A stretch of DNA of 29,236 nucleotides from an uncultured Tepidisphaeraceae bacterium (GTDB lineage: Bacteria > Planctomycetota > Phycisphaerae > Tepidisphaerales > Tepidisphaeraceae). The stretch is from NCBI GenBank assembly GCA_964420285.1, contig CAYQTE010000062.1, positions 1 through 29,236 of the forward strand, read 5' to 3'. A program made the position numbers and the translations under genes. The notes under the pieces are model-generated. The model was not told the DNA's origin. It did not search any database and worked only from the letters and a program-made list of their open reading frames with translations. Positions 11,637 through 20,415 of the stretch are shown here, in pieces. Numbering within the stretch: position 1 is the stretch's first letter; every line of letters starts with the position of its first letter.

Positions 11637-12524
11637 TCACAGGTTGGCCGGCAGGATAAGAGGCAGGCGCACGGGAAGCAAGTGGACTTCCAGCGGCGTA
11701 TTTCCAGCCGCGTCGCCATCGACCTGAACGGCCACCGGTTCGACCGATTCGATCTGGACGCGCTGCCCTTTGACGTAGCGGACGCCTTCGACGGTCAGAT
11801 GTTCGCCCGCCGCCGCGTACAGGGCTATTTCCGCCAGTTGCGCCGGCGACGCGCAGGGCATGGCGCAGACATCGAGCAGCCCGTCATCCGGCCGGGCGTC
11901 CGGCAGGACCGGGAATCCCGTCCCGTATTCCGGCACGTTGCCGATGAAGGCCAAAGCCGGCTCATCGCGCAGAATAACCTGTCCGTCCACTTTCACCGTC
12001 AGTGGCGGATAGGTGAACCGCGACAGGGCCAAGGCCGCCGGCAGGACGTAAGCCTGCTTGCCGATCGGGCCGGTGCGAAGGCGAGCCAATTCGTGAACAA
12101 CCTCGCCATCGATGCCGACACCGGCCACCAGGAGCATGATGCGTCCGTTGGCGGATGCGACATCAACGGCCCGCATGCGTCCCGCTTTGAAGGCGGCCAG
12201 GACGCCGGATTCCGGATGTGGGTCATTGGCTCTAAAGCCCAGGTGCTGCCCCATGAGATTGGCTGTGCCGCGCGGGACGAGCAGAATCGGGGGCGAGCCT
12301 CCCATTTCGCGATAGTACCGGCCCACAACTTCGCCGAGCGTGCCGTCGCCGCCGATGACGATCGCCGCCTGGGCGTCGGCGGGCAGGGGTTCGGGCGATG
12401 TCGATCGGCCGGGAAGGAGCACGGTTTCATAGCCGGCGTTGGTCAGCGCCCGTTCCAGCCGTAGCGCCATGTCGCCGGACTGGCCGCTGCCCGCTATCGG
12501 ATTGGCGAAAATGAGAACTGCCAT
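11637..12524 (-). CDS. Diacylglycerol/lipid kinase catalytic domain protein (YegS/BmrU-like)
   Basis: N-terminus ...IFANPIAGSGQ and GGDGT motif (IVIGGDGTLGEVV), typical of the DAGK_cat family. Same strand as and adjacent to kdsA and moaC. The track ORF begins at GTG 12539; the first ATG is at 12524. Confidence 0.8.
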   Translation of the reverse strand: MAVLIFANPIAGSGQSGDMALRLERALTNAGYETVLLPGRSTSPEPLPADAQAAIVIGGDGTLGEVVGRYYREMGGSPPILLVPRGTANLMGQHLGFRANDPHPESGVLAAFKAGRMRAVDVASANGRIMLLVAGVGIDGEVVHELARLRTGPIGKQAYVLPAALALSRFTYPPLTVKVDGQVILRDEPALAFIGNVPEYGTGFPVLPDARPDDGLLDVCAMPCASPAQLAEIALYAAAGEHLTVEGVRYVKGQRVQIESVEPVAVQVDGDAAGNTPLEVHLLPVRLPLILPANL

Positions 12525-12651
12525 GTGCCAGGACCGCACAGTCCAAAAGGAAAGCTGGCCGCCACCGGCGACACTCCGGTTTGACAGCCGACGATCTTGC
12601 TACTATCAATATACGGGAGTTTCAGCGTCTTAACCAAGCGAATAGCGAAAT

Positions 12652-13554
12652 ATGAGCGATACCAGCGTTACGACAATCAATGAGAAGGCTGCCGAAGAAT
12701 ACTTCCGCCGGGCCCGCGAGGCCGAGGAACAGGGTCTGCACGAGAAGGCGGTCGAGTTTTACGAGCGGGCTCTGAGCGAGAACAGCGACCACGAAATGGC
12801 TGCATTCCGGCTGGCGATCCTGTACGACCGCCGGGCGGAGGACGCCAAGGCGATCGAGCTTCTGGAGCGCATCTGCACCAGCCCGCCGGTCCATCTCAAC
12901 GCACTGATGAATCTGGCGGTGCTGTACGAGGACAACAACCATTACGACGAGGCACATCGCTGCCTGGACGCGATCCTGCGCACGAATCCAAACCATGAGC
13001 GGGCCCGCCTGTATATGCGCGATGTGGAATCCGCGCGGCGGATGTATTTCGATGACGATGAGCAGCGCTCCGACCGCCGCAACGCCATCCTCGATGTGCC
13101 GGTCACCGATTTTGAATTGTCCGTCCGCAGCCGCAATTGCCTCAAGAAAATGAACATCCGCACGCTGGGCGATCTGCTGCGAACCAGCGAGCAGGAATTA
13201 CTCAGCTACAAGAACTTTGGCGAGACCAGCCTCAGCGAGATCAAGGCTCTCCTGGCGCAAAAAGGACTGCGCCTCGGCCAGAACGCCGAAGAAGGCAAGT
13301 CGCCGCTTCAACGGCCGGCCAATCCGGTTGGCAACGTACCACCCGAAATCCTTTCCAAGAGCGTGGCCGATCTCGAACTCTCGGTGCGCAGCCGCAAGGC
13401 GCTGCAGCGGCTGACGATCAACACCGTCGGCGAACTGGCATCGCGCACGGAAGATGAGCTCCTGGGCTGCAAGAACTTCGGCCAGACAAGCCTCAACGAG
13501 ATCAAGCAACAGCTCAGCCAGTTCGGCATGGCGCTGCGCAAACTCGAGGAGTGA
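12652..13554 (+). CDS. TPR-repeat protein with two tandem RNA polymerase alpha-CTD-like domains
   Basis: N-terminal TPR-like helices (EEYFRRAREAEEQGLHEKAVEFYERAL...). Two repeats, LSVRSRNCLKKMNIRTLGDLLRTSEQELLSYKNFGETSLSEIKALL and LSVRSRKALQRLTINTVGELASRTEDELLGCKNFGQTSLNEIKQQL, match the RpoA C-terminal (HhH) domain signature. Confidence 0.75.
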   Translation: MSDTSVTTINEKAAEEYFRRAREAEEQGLHEKAVEFYERALSENSDHEMAAFRLAILYDRRAEDAKAIELLERICTSPPVHLNALMNLAVLYEDNNHYDEAHRCLDAILRTNPNHERARLYMRDVESARRMYFDDDEQRSDRRNAILDVPVTDFELSVRSRNCLKKMNIRTLGDLLRTSEQELLSYKNFGETSLSEIKALLAQKGLRLGQNAEEGKSPLQRPANPVGNVPPEILSKSVADLELSVRSRKALQRLTINTVGELASRTEDELLGCKNFGQTSLNEIKQQLSQFGMALRKLEE

Positions 13555-13581
13555 TCGCTTTTACAACAGGGCAAGGATGCC

Positions 13582-14850
13582 ATGTCACACTGCAGCCGAC
13601 GCACCGTTCTCAAGGGGCTGGCGCTGGGCGCCGGTTCGTTCCTGCTGGGATGCAGCAACCAGAATGACGTGACAGTTGCGCCGTCGAGCGTGCGCCGCGT
13701 GCGCGTGCGCCTGGTGCAGGATCAGACCCAGGTGATGCTGGGGGCGTCGGCCAATCCGATGGTCTCCACCGCCTCGGCGCCCACGCCCCGCGGTCTGCAT
13801 TTTCTTGACCGCTCCGGCGCTGCCGTGACCCTCTCGCCGGCCGGTTGGAACATCGGATCGGTGTCGTTCGGCATTGGTGATCTGGTCATTCAGCCGGCCA
13901 CGGAAGGATCGCTCAGCGTCAACGGCCAATTTTATCGCGGCAGCCTGCGTCTGGTGGCGCTCTCGGCCGATCACTTCGATGTCATCAATGAGAATCTCGA
14001 CGTCGAGGGCTATCTCAAGGGCGTTTTGCCTCGCGAGTTGTATCCCCATTGGAGTCTTGAAACCTACCGGGCCCAGGCGATCGTGGCGCGAACCTACGCG
14101 CTATACGAGGTGCAAACCGCCGGACGCAACCGCTATTGGGATCTGTATCCCGATCAGCGCAGCCAGGTCTACGGCGGCGTCGGCGCCGAGACGGCCATCT
14201 CGCGGCAGGCCGTTGACGATACGGCCGGCATCGTGCTGGCCTACGGCCCGGCCGACAGGGAAACCATCTTTAAGGCGTATTTCAGTTCATGCTGCGGCGG
14301 CGTGACGCAGGCGGCCAGCGATGCCTTCGGCGATCCGCCCCTTGCGCCGCTGTCGGAGCAGAACGTCGGGCCGGTGTGCAACGCCTGCACCAAGTTCAAC
14401 TGGAACCCGGTGGAATTGAAAAAGGACGAGTTGACGCGCCGATTTCACACCTGGGCCAGACGCAAGGCCGAGCAGGAGGGCAAGGCTCGGGCGGAGGAGT
14501 CGATGGCGGCCATCGACCGGGTGGAGATCATCCTGCTCAACCGCTTCGGGCGTCCTTCGCGTTTCCGCGTCACCGATGTCGCCAACAAGCAATACGTACT
14601 TTTCAGCGAGGAATTCCGCTCCGCCGCCAATTCGGTCGATTCCGCCGGCGAGCCGACCCTCTCCAGCAGCTTCCTGAAAATCGACAGCCGCCCCGGCTCG
14701 GACGTCGTGCGTTTTGTTGAAGGCCACGGCTACGGCCACGGCGTGGGCCTGTGCCAATGGTGTGCCCAAGCCCGCGCCGAGCGCGGCATGCGCCACGAAG
14801 ACATCCTCGCCGCCGCCTATCCCAGGGCCCGGCTGGTCAGGGCGTATTGA
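13582..14850 (+). CDS. SpoIID/LytB domain lipoprotein
   Basis: Signal peptide with lipobox LLGCSN. SpoIID-family blocks (EGYLKGVLPRELYPHWSLETYRAQAIVARTYAL...QVYGG...KAYFSSCCGGVT). Lies 27 nt after the previous gene. Confidence 0.8.
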   Translation: MSHCSRRTVLKGLALGAGSFLLGCSNQNDVTVAPSSVRRVRVRLVQDQTQVMLGASANPMVSTASAPTPRGLHFLDRSGAAVTLSPAGWNIGSVSFGIGDLVIQPATEGSLSVNGQFYRGSLRLVALSADHFDVINENLDVEGYLKGVLPRELYPHWSLETYRAQAIVARTYALYEVQTAGRNRYWDLYPDQRSQVYGGVGAETAISRQAVDDTAGIVLAYGPADRETIFKAYFSSCCGGVTQAASDAFGDPPLAPLSEQNVGPVCNACTKFNWNPVELKKDELTRRFHTWARRKAEQEGKARAEESMAAIDRVEIILLNRFGRPSRFRVTDVANKQYVLFSEEFRSAANSVDSAGEPTLSSSFLKIDSRPGSDVVRFVEGHGYGHGVGLCQWCAQARAERGMRHEDILAAAYPRARLVRAY

Positions 14851-14870
14851 GCGGCGAGCACGCCGATGTG

Positions 14871-15347
14871 TTATTCGGGCAGATTGGCCAGATCAATTTG
14901 ATCCTTGGCCCGTCCCGACGCTTGCTTCATCTTGCGCAACCAATTGAGCGATGCATAGCGCAGGCCGGCGGACTCGATGCTTGATGCACGAAGGTGTGCG
15001 ACGTCCTCATCCGGGAAACCAGGGACGTAGTCGAACAGGTCAAGGAACCCGTATCTAGTCGTCAACATCATCAGGTGGCTGGCCTGCACGAAGGCAAGCG
15101 TGACCGGATAGGTGCGCTCGATGCCCGTGGCTGGATCGAGTTCCTTGCCGATGTAACGAGCGTCCAGTTCCGTCAGCGCGCGCAAGAGTGCCAATTCTGA
15201 GTCGCCAGAGCGAACCCAGACAATATCCGTGTCTTCGGTGGCTCGTCCGTACCCGTGGAAGTTCACGGCGTGCCCGCCGATGATGAAAAACGGCACCCCG
15301 TGACGGCCCAGCACCTCAAGAAGTTTGCGATCATCCAGCGTGGCCAT
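14871..15347 (-). CDS. Minimal nucleotidyltransferase, paralog of 8552..9049
   Basis: GGHAVNFHGYGRATEDTDIV (NTase motif) and C-terminal MKQASGRAKDQIDLANL. This aligns with NTase1 (GGLAVVAHGYMRFTADIDL ... MKTFAGRPRDLEDIAHL). Start chosen at MATLDD by alignment with NTase1. Confidence 0.65.
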   Translation of the reverse strand: MATLDDRKLLEVLGRHGVPFFIIGGHAVNFHGYGRATEDTDIVWVRSGDSELALLRALTELDARYIGKELDPATGIERTYPVTLAFVQASHLMMLTTRYGFLDLFDYVPGFPDEDVAHLRASSIESAGLRYASLNWLRKMKQASGRAKDQIDLANLPE

Positions 15348-15552
15348 CGGAAAAACCCGCGACATCAATCGCCCGCGCCTTGTAATTACGGCGAAGGAAA
15401 TGGGCATAGCCTACAGGTGACTGACTGAGCGTCGTCCACATTCTCTGCTGCATGCGGGCCATGTCCGCCATCCGCTCCTCGGGCGTCTTTTGCAATGCCA
15501 GATGGCGCCGATAGCGATCACGCCGGGCAAGTTGTTCGGCAATTTCGTTCAT
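15331..15552 (-). CDS. Small hypothetical helical protein overlapping the NTase start (possible partner or antitoxin-like)
   Basis: 73-aa ORF with a true ATG. Its stop lies 17 nt inside the NTase2 start. No recognisable motif and no clear RBS. Confidence 0.35.
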   Translation of the reverse strand: MNEIAEQLARRDRYRRHLALQKTPEERMADMARMQQRMWTTLSQSPVGYAHFLRRNYKARAIDVAGFSDGHAG

Positions 15553-15614
15553 GGCGGCTCAGATTGTACATGGTAAGACGGATATCGGCATCGGCTGTTG
15601 CGTGCAATTTCGGA

Positions 15615-16094
15615 TCATGCTGACGCGCAAGGCGGCAGGGGCTGCGGCCAGACTTTGCGTATCATGAACGGCACCAGGAAAAGGAGAACCAAAGACACGG
15701 CCAGCATGGCGAATGAGACAATGAGGCAAATGACGGATCCCAGCCACAATGAGATGGCAGAATCGACCCGCACATCATCGGGGTTCATGGGATCATAGCG
15801 CAACGCGATCGAATCCCCGACCGAATAGCCGGGTGGGTTGGATGATATGTCTGACTGGCTGCGATGCGACACGCCCGCGGCGTCGGAAAACGTGAAGACC
15901 GGGGAATACATGGTCCCGTTGTCGCCGGACACGCTTTTTAACTCGACGACCTGCCCACGGCACGCAACGGCAGTTTCGAGGAACTTCCTCGTGGAGCGGT
16001 AGAAATAGCCGCCGCCCGCGAGAGCACCAACTGTCGGCAGCAGGAACAACAGCCCGATGATCCGGGACACCGGGATGAAGCCGTGGACATTCAT
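15615..16094 (-). CDS. DUF3592-like membrane protein
   Basis: N-terminal TM helix, beta-rich middle with MYSPVFTF (the DUF3592 YxP motif), and a C-terminal TM helix. The start is ambiguous (ATG at 16094 or 16136). Confidence 0.55.
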   Translation of the reverse strand: MNVHGFIPVSRIIGLLFLLPTVGALAGGGYFYRSTRKFLETAVACRGQVVELKSVSGDNGTMYSPVFTFSDAAGVSHRSQSDISSNPPGYSVGDSIALRYDPMNPDDVRVDSAISLWLGSVICLIVSFAMLAVSLVLLFLVPFMIRKVWPQPLPPCASA

Positions 16095-16191
16095 GGCCGC
16101 TGATCCTACTACGACCACCGCGCATGACAAAGCCAACCTTCAAGCGGTGAATGCTGACGTTCAATTTGTCGCTGGCTCGGGGACGTTGGGT

Positions 16192-16665
16192 CTACCGCGA
16201 TCGTTTTTCCGCCGCCGTCTTGATGTTTGGCAGCAGCTTCTTCCATGCGCCGTGGATACGCTCCTCCAGATCCGCATCGCCGAATCCAAACGTCCGCTGG
16301 CCCAGGCGCAGCAGCGTCGCCTTGCCGGCCTTTTGCGGCTGAAGCTCGAAAATAAACACGTTGCTCACCGGCAGGTGGGTCATGCCGATCTGGCCGATCA
16401 GCCGCAGCAGTTTCCCCGGTTCGATGTACGTGACCGTCGCCAGAATGAACGTCGTTCCGTCCTTGGCCGTGGAAATCCACTTCCCGCCGGGCGTCACGTC
16501 CATCGTGTGCTTGTTCCACTTCTTCGGGTCTGGATCAAAGCCGAACCATTTGCCTGGATTGGTAACGGCGGCCCAGACCTTTTTGGGGTTGGCGTCGATG
16601 TGGATTTCCTCAATGAACTGAAAACCCGTGGCTTTGAGTTTCAGCAGCTTCAGCGGATTGGCCAT
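16192..16665 (-). CDS. SRPBCC (AHSA1/polyketide-cyclase-like) superfamily protein
   Basis: 157 aa with an Aha1/BPI-like pattern (ANPKKVWAAVTNPGKW...). GAGGA-like RBS upstream of MANPLKL. Confidence 0.7.
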   Translation of the reverse strand: MANPLKLLKLKATGFQFIEEIHIDANPKKVWAAVTNPGKWFGFDPDPKKWNKHTMDVTPGGKWISTAKDGTTFILATVTYIEPGKLLRLIGQIGMTHLPVSNVFIFELQPQKAGKATLLRLGQRTFGFGDADLEERIHGAWKKLLPNIKTAAEKRSR

Positions 16666-16904
16666 GTGTCAGTCCTCTATAGGTCTCGATGCACGAACGC
16701 GGGCTCGATATCCGATCGGGCCGGCTGGAATTCTACCGGATTGTACTACCCGGCAAAAGTGGACATTCCACCGGTTGTCCAGACCCGGTGAGCGTTACAA
16801 AGAACCCGAGATGTTGTAGTGCCCGGCCACTGTTGTTGTGCGGCCGGCGCGGTACGATATGGGCGCGGTTAGAAACCATATCGGATGACCCGAAGGAGGT
16901 CGTT

Positions 16905-19139
16905 ATGACGGGGTTGGCAACAATCGTGTTGGCGGCGCAGGCGGTGTTGGCGGATGCGGGCACGGACGCGATGGTCTTTATTGGGATTGGCCTGCTCGTA
17001 CTGATTGTGGCCGCGATCGTCGTCGTGGCGATTGTCGGGATTCGCTACATCCCCAACAATCGCGTCGGCATCGTGGAAAAGCTCTGGTCGCATCACGGCT
17101 CGGTCGGGCAGGGGCAGATCATCGCTCTGCACGGCGAAGCCGGTTATCAGGCCGATCTGCTCCGCGGCGGCGTGCATCTGGGTTTGCGCCCGTGGCAGTA
17201 TCGCATCCACAAAGTGCCGCTGGTCACGATACCACAGGGGAAGATCGGTTATGTCTACGCGCGCGACGGCCAATCGCTGGCGCCCAGCCAGACGCTGGGC
17301 CGCGTCGTCGATTCCAACAATTTCCAGGATGCCCGCAAATACCTGACCGGCGATCCGAACCTGTGCGGCCAGCGCGGCCGGCAACGCGCCATCCTGCGCG
17401 AAGGCGTCTATGCCATCAATCTGGCGATGTTCGTCGTTGTGACCGAGGACGCGATCTTCCGGCTGGATGTCAACGGCCGGCAGGAGTTGGCGACCGTCAT
17501 CGGCTGGCAGAAGGAACTGGCCGACGTGCATGGATTCGATCCGGTGCTGATCGGCGGAGCGATCCAGATTGCCGACCCGCTGAATCCCGGCAAGGCGATC
17601 ACGGTGGACAGCATCGGCATCGTGACGGTACAGGACGGCCCCAGCGTCGCCCCCGGCGAGATCATCGCGCCGTCGGTCGGAAACGACGCGGGCGATCCCA
17701 ATTATCACAACAATTTCCAGGATCCCGAAGCCTTCCTGCGGGCCGGCGGCCGGCGCGGGCGGCAGTATGTGCCGCTCACCGACGGAACCTATTTCATCAA
17801 CCGCTGGTTCGCGACCGTCGAGCCGATCGGGAAAACCGTCGTGCCCATCGGATACGTCGGCGTGGTGGTCAGCTATTACGGCCCGATCGGCACGGATGTG
17901 TCGGGAGATGCATTCCGGCACGGCGAGCGCGTGGCCCGCGGCGAGCGCGGCGTCTGGGAAAAGCCGCTGGGGCCGGGCAAGTATCCGTTCAACACCTTCG
18001 CCGGCACGATCATCTTCGTGCCGACAACCAACTTCGTGCTCAACTGGGTGACGGGCAAGACCGAATCGCATCGCTATGACGAGGGGCTGAATTCGGTGGA
18101 CCTGGTCACGCTCGACGGCTACGAGCCGAAGCTGCCGTTGTCGGTGGTGGTACACATCGACTACCAGCGGGCGCCCAACGTCATTCAGCGGTTTGGCGAT
18201 GTGAAGAAACTCATCACGCAGACGCTCGACCCGCTGCTCAGCGCCTATTTCCGCGACGTGGCGCATAAGAAGACGATGCTCGAACTTCTGCACAGCCGCG
18301 ATCAGATTCAGGCCGAGGCCAGGGCCGAGTTGCAAAGGCGGTTCCGGGAATTTGATATCGAATGCGTGGACGTTTTGATCGGCAAGGTGGACACGGCCGA
18401 GCCGGGTGGCAAGATCGAAGTGCTGCTCGATCAGCTTCGCCAGCGACAGCTCAGCATCGAACAGGTCGAGACGTTCGATCGGCAGCGCATCGCGGCTGAC
18501 AAATTGCGGACTCTCAGCGAGGCGCAGGCGATCGCGGCCAAGCAGACGGAATTGACCAATTCACAGGTCCAGATCAGCATTGCCGAAAACCAGGGCAATG
18601 CCGATTTGGCACGGGCGAGAAAACAGGCCGAACAGACGATCGTGGTGGCCGAGGCGGAATTGGCGCGATCGCGCCGTGCCGCCGAGCAGACGATCGTCAC
18701 CGCCCAGGCCGAAAGCCAGCAGCGCATGCTGGCGGGCAAGGGCGAAAGCACGCAGAAACTCCAGGTTGGCTTGGCCGAGGCGTCGGTGCTTCTGCGGAAG
18801 ATCAGCAGCTTCGGCGATCCGCGTTTGTATGCACTATCGCTGGTGTCCGAGCACCTGTCGCACAGCGCCCAGCCGCTGGTTCCCGAGCGCGTGTTCATGG
18901 CCGGATCGAGCAACGGCGACGGCGGCTCACAGGGCAATCCCGGCACGGGCATGCTGGGTATGCTCATCAGCCTCATGGTGGCGGAAAAATCCGGCTTCCA
19001 GCTTGGCAGCGCGGAGGACATGGCATCCATGAAGGAACTGGCCGACCGCATGACCCGCCAGGCGATGGACGCCATGACCGGCGACCCGGCGACTATCGAC
19101 GCAACCCTGGCCAAACCGGCCGCTATCGCCAAGTCGTGA
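16905..19139 (+). CDS. Flotillin-like SPFH/band-7 protein (YqiK family)
   Basis: Strong RBS AAGGAGG 7 nt before the ATG at 16905. N-terminal TM (MVFIGIGLLVLIVAAIVVVAIV), SPFH domain, and a C-terminal coiled-coil rich in EA/AEQ repeats (flotillin domain). The 72 codons upstream in the track ORF are not coding. Confidence 0.85.
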   Translation: MTGLATIVLAAQAVLADAGTDAMVFIGIGLLVLIVAAIVVVAIVGIRYIPNNRVGIVEKLWSHHGSVGQGQIIALHGEAGYQADLLRGGVHLGLRPWQYRIHKVPLVTIPQGKIGYVYARDGQSLAPSQTLGRVVDSNNFQDARKYLTGDPNLCGQRGRQRAILREGVYAINLAMFVVVTEDAIFRLDVNGRQELATVIGWQKELADVHGFDPVLIGGAIQIADPLNPGKAITVDSIGIVTVQDGPSVAPGEIIAPSVGNDAGDPNYHNNFQDPEAFLRAGGRRGRQYVPLTDGTYFINRWFATVEPIGKTVVPIGYVGVVVSYYGPIGTDVSGDAFRHGERVARGERGVWEKPLGPGKYPFNTFAGTIIFVPTTNFVLNWVTGKTESHRYDEGLNSVDLVTLDGYEPKLPLSVVVHIDYQRAPNVIQRFGDVKKLITQTLDPLLSAYFRDVAHKKTMLELLHSRDQIQAEARAELQRRFREFDIECVDVLIGKVDTAEPGGKIEVLLDQLRQRQLSIEQVETFDRQRIAADKLRTLSEAQAIAAKQTELTNSQVQISIAENQGNADLARARKQAEQTIVVAEAELARSRRAAEQTIVTAQAESQQRMLAGKGESTQKLQVGLAEASVLLRKISSFGDPRLYALSLVSEHLSHSAQPLVPERVFMAGSSNGDGGSQGNPGTGMLGMLISLMVAEKSGFQLGSAEDMASMKELADRMTRQAMDAMTGDPATIDATLAKPAAIAKS

Positions 19140-19205
19140 TACGAGAGGGCATTCTCGCATTCTGTATCGAGCAGATGGCCGACGGACATCTGAGCCCCAT
19201 TGCGT

Positions 19206-19427
19206 TCATGCCCCGCGGCGCGTCCGCTTGGGCGCCGTCGATGTGCCGCCGGCGGCCTTGACCTGCTTCCACCAATGGCCCAATTTTCCCTCCCGGGCGC
19301 ACTTCGCGAAATAACCAATCTCCTGCGCCGGAGTCATGTTCCTGACGATCCGGTAGATGTCCTCCTGCGCCTGCCGCTTGAAAGCCACGCAGTCGAAAGT
19401 CTTGTTAGTCCCGATTTTTCTCTTCAT
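19206..19427 (-). CDS. Small basic hypothetical protein
   Basis: ORF with protein-like composition (MKRKIGTNKTFDCVAFKRQAQEDIYRIVRNMTPAQEIGYF...). No motif and a weak RBS. Could be non-coding. Confidence 0.3.
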   Translation of the reverse strand: MKRKIGTNKTFDCVAFKRQAQEDIYRIVRNMTPAQEIGYFAKCAREGKLGHWWKQVKAAGGTSTAPKRTRRGA

Positions 19428-19546
19428 ATGCCACCACGGTCGGCGTTGCGATGGTAAGTTCACCGTAACCGAGCATCCGATTCACCCGATTATACGCTTT
19501 CATGCGATCGAGTCGAACGATGTGCCTGAAGTGTCCTGCCCCGATT

Positions 19547-19573
19547 ATTCACCGCGTTCACTTCGCGGTGAAT
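19547..19573 (-). terminator. Candidate efp terminator hairpin (10-bp stem ATTCACCGCG/CGCGGTGAAT, 7-nt loop)
   Basis: Perfect inverted repeat 7 nt downstream of the efp stop. No U-tract, which is common in high-GC genomes. An adjacent AATCCGGATT palindrome is also present. Confidence 0.4.
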
Positions 19574-19579
19574 CCGGAT

Positions 19580-20134
19580 TTACGCCCGGCTCTGGTATTC
19601 GCCGGTTTCGGTGTTGATGCGGATGGTTTCGCCGATGACGATGAAGCCGGGGACGCGGGTTTTCAGGCCGGTTTCCAGTTCGGCTTCCTTGAGCTGATTG
19701 GTGGCCGTCGCGCCTTTGATGATGGGGGGCGTGTCGACAATTTTCAGATCGACGGTCTTGGGCATCTCGTAGCTGACGATCACGCCGTCGTGGAACATCG
19801 CCGTGAGCTGCGTGTTGGGCTTGAGGTAGAGGATGTCGTCGCCGAACAGTTCCTTGGGCACCGTCGTCTGGTCGTAGGTCTCGATGTCCATCAGAACATG
19901 GCCGTCGGCGTCGGAATAGAGGTATTCGACCTTCCGGCTGTCGAGGGTGGTGGTCTCGATATCGTCGGTGGCGCCGACGCGCTTGTCGATGATGGTGCCC
20001 TTGCCCACGTCGCGCAGCTTGAACTGCACCTTGGCGCGCAGGTTGCCCGGCGTGTTGTGATCGGCGTTGGTCACGACATACAGCTTGCCGTCCACGATGA
20101 CCGCCGTACCGCGTCGAATATCACTTGCCCGCAT
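19580..20134 (-). CDS. efp: Elongation factor P
   Basis: Full-length EF-P similarity, including the KOW-like N-terminus (VIVDGKLYVV) and OB domains. Confidence 0.9.
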   Translation of the reverse strand: MRASDIRRGTAVIVDGKLYVVTNADHNTPGNLRAKVQFKLRDVGKGTIIDKRVGATDDIETTTLDSRKVEYLYSDADGHVLMDIETYDQTTVPKELFGDDILYLKPNTQLTAMFHDGVIVSYEMPKTVDLKIVDTPPIIKGATATNQLKEAELETGLKTRVPGFIVIGETIRINTETGEYQSRA

Positions 20135-20415
20135 AACTCACCATCCTGGTCAGGAAACGAATTCTCACCGCAATGACGCGGAGACAACGCCGCACCGATG
20201 GAACGGATGCAAGTGGCTCAGCCTCGAATACCAGCCACGGCCGCGTCTCAGACAATCATATTTCATCGCATCCGCTTTTTTCTCTGCGGCCTATGCGCCT
20301 CCGCGGTGAAGCATGACTCATCCGCCTGGAGGGCCAGAAAATCTAGCCGCCAGCGGCCGGAACGTCAAATATGGGGCTGTGCGTTTCGATCTGTCAAATT
20401 GGCCGGAATGCGTCA

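Noticed and set aside
10199-12464. Long plus-strand ORFs 10199..11659 and 11106..12464
   Set aside because: Antisense to the moaC/kdsA/lipid-kinase genes, which have clear homology. The composition is Arg/Gly-biased.
16869-18335. 488-aa minus-strand ORF, the plus ORF 17192..18079, and the minus ORF 18431..19318
   Set aside because: Antisense or off-frame to the flotillin gene, which has a strong RBS and domain structure.
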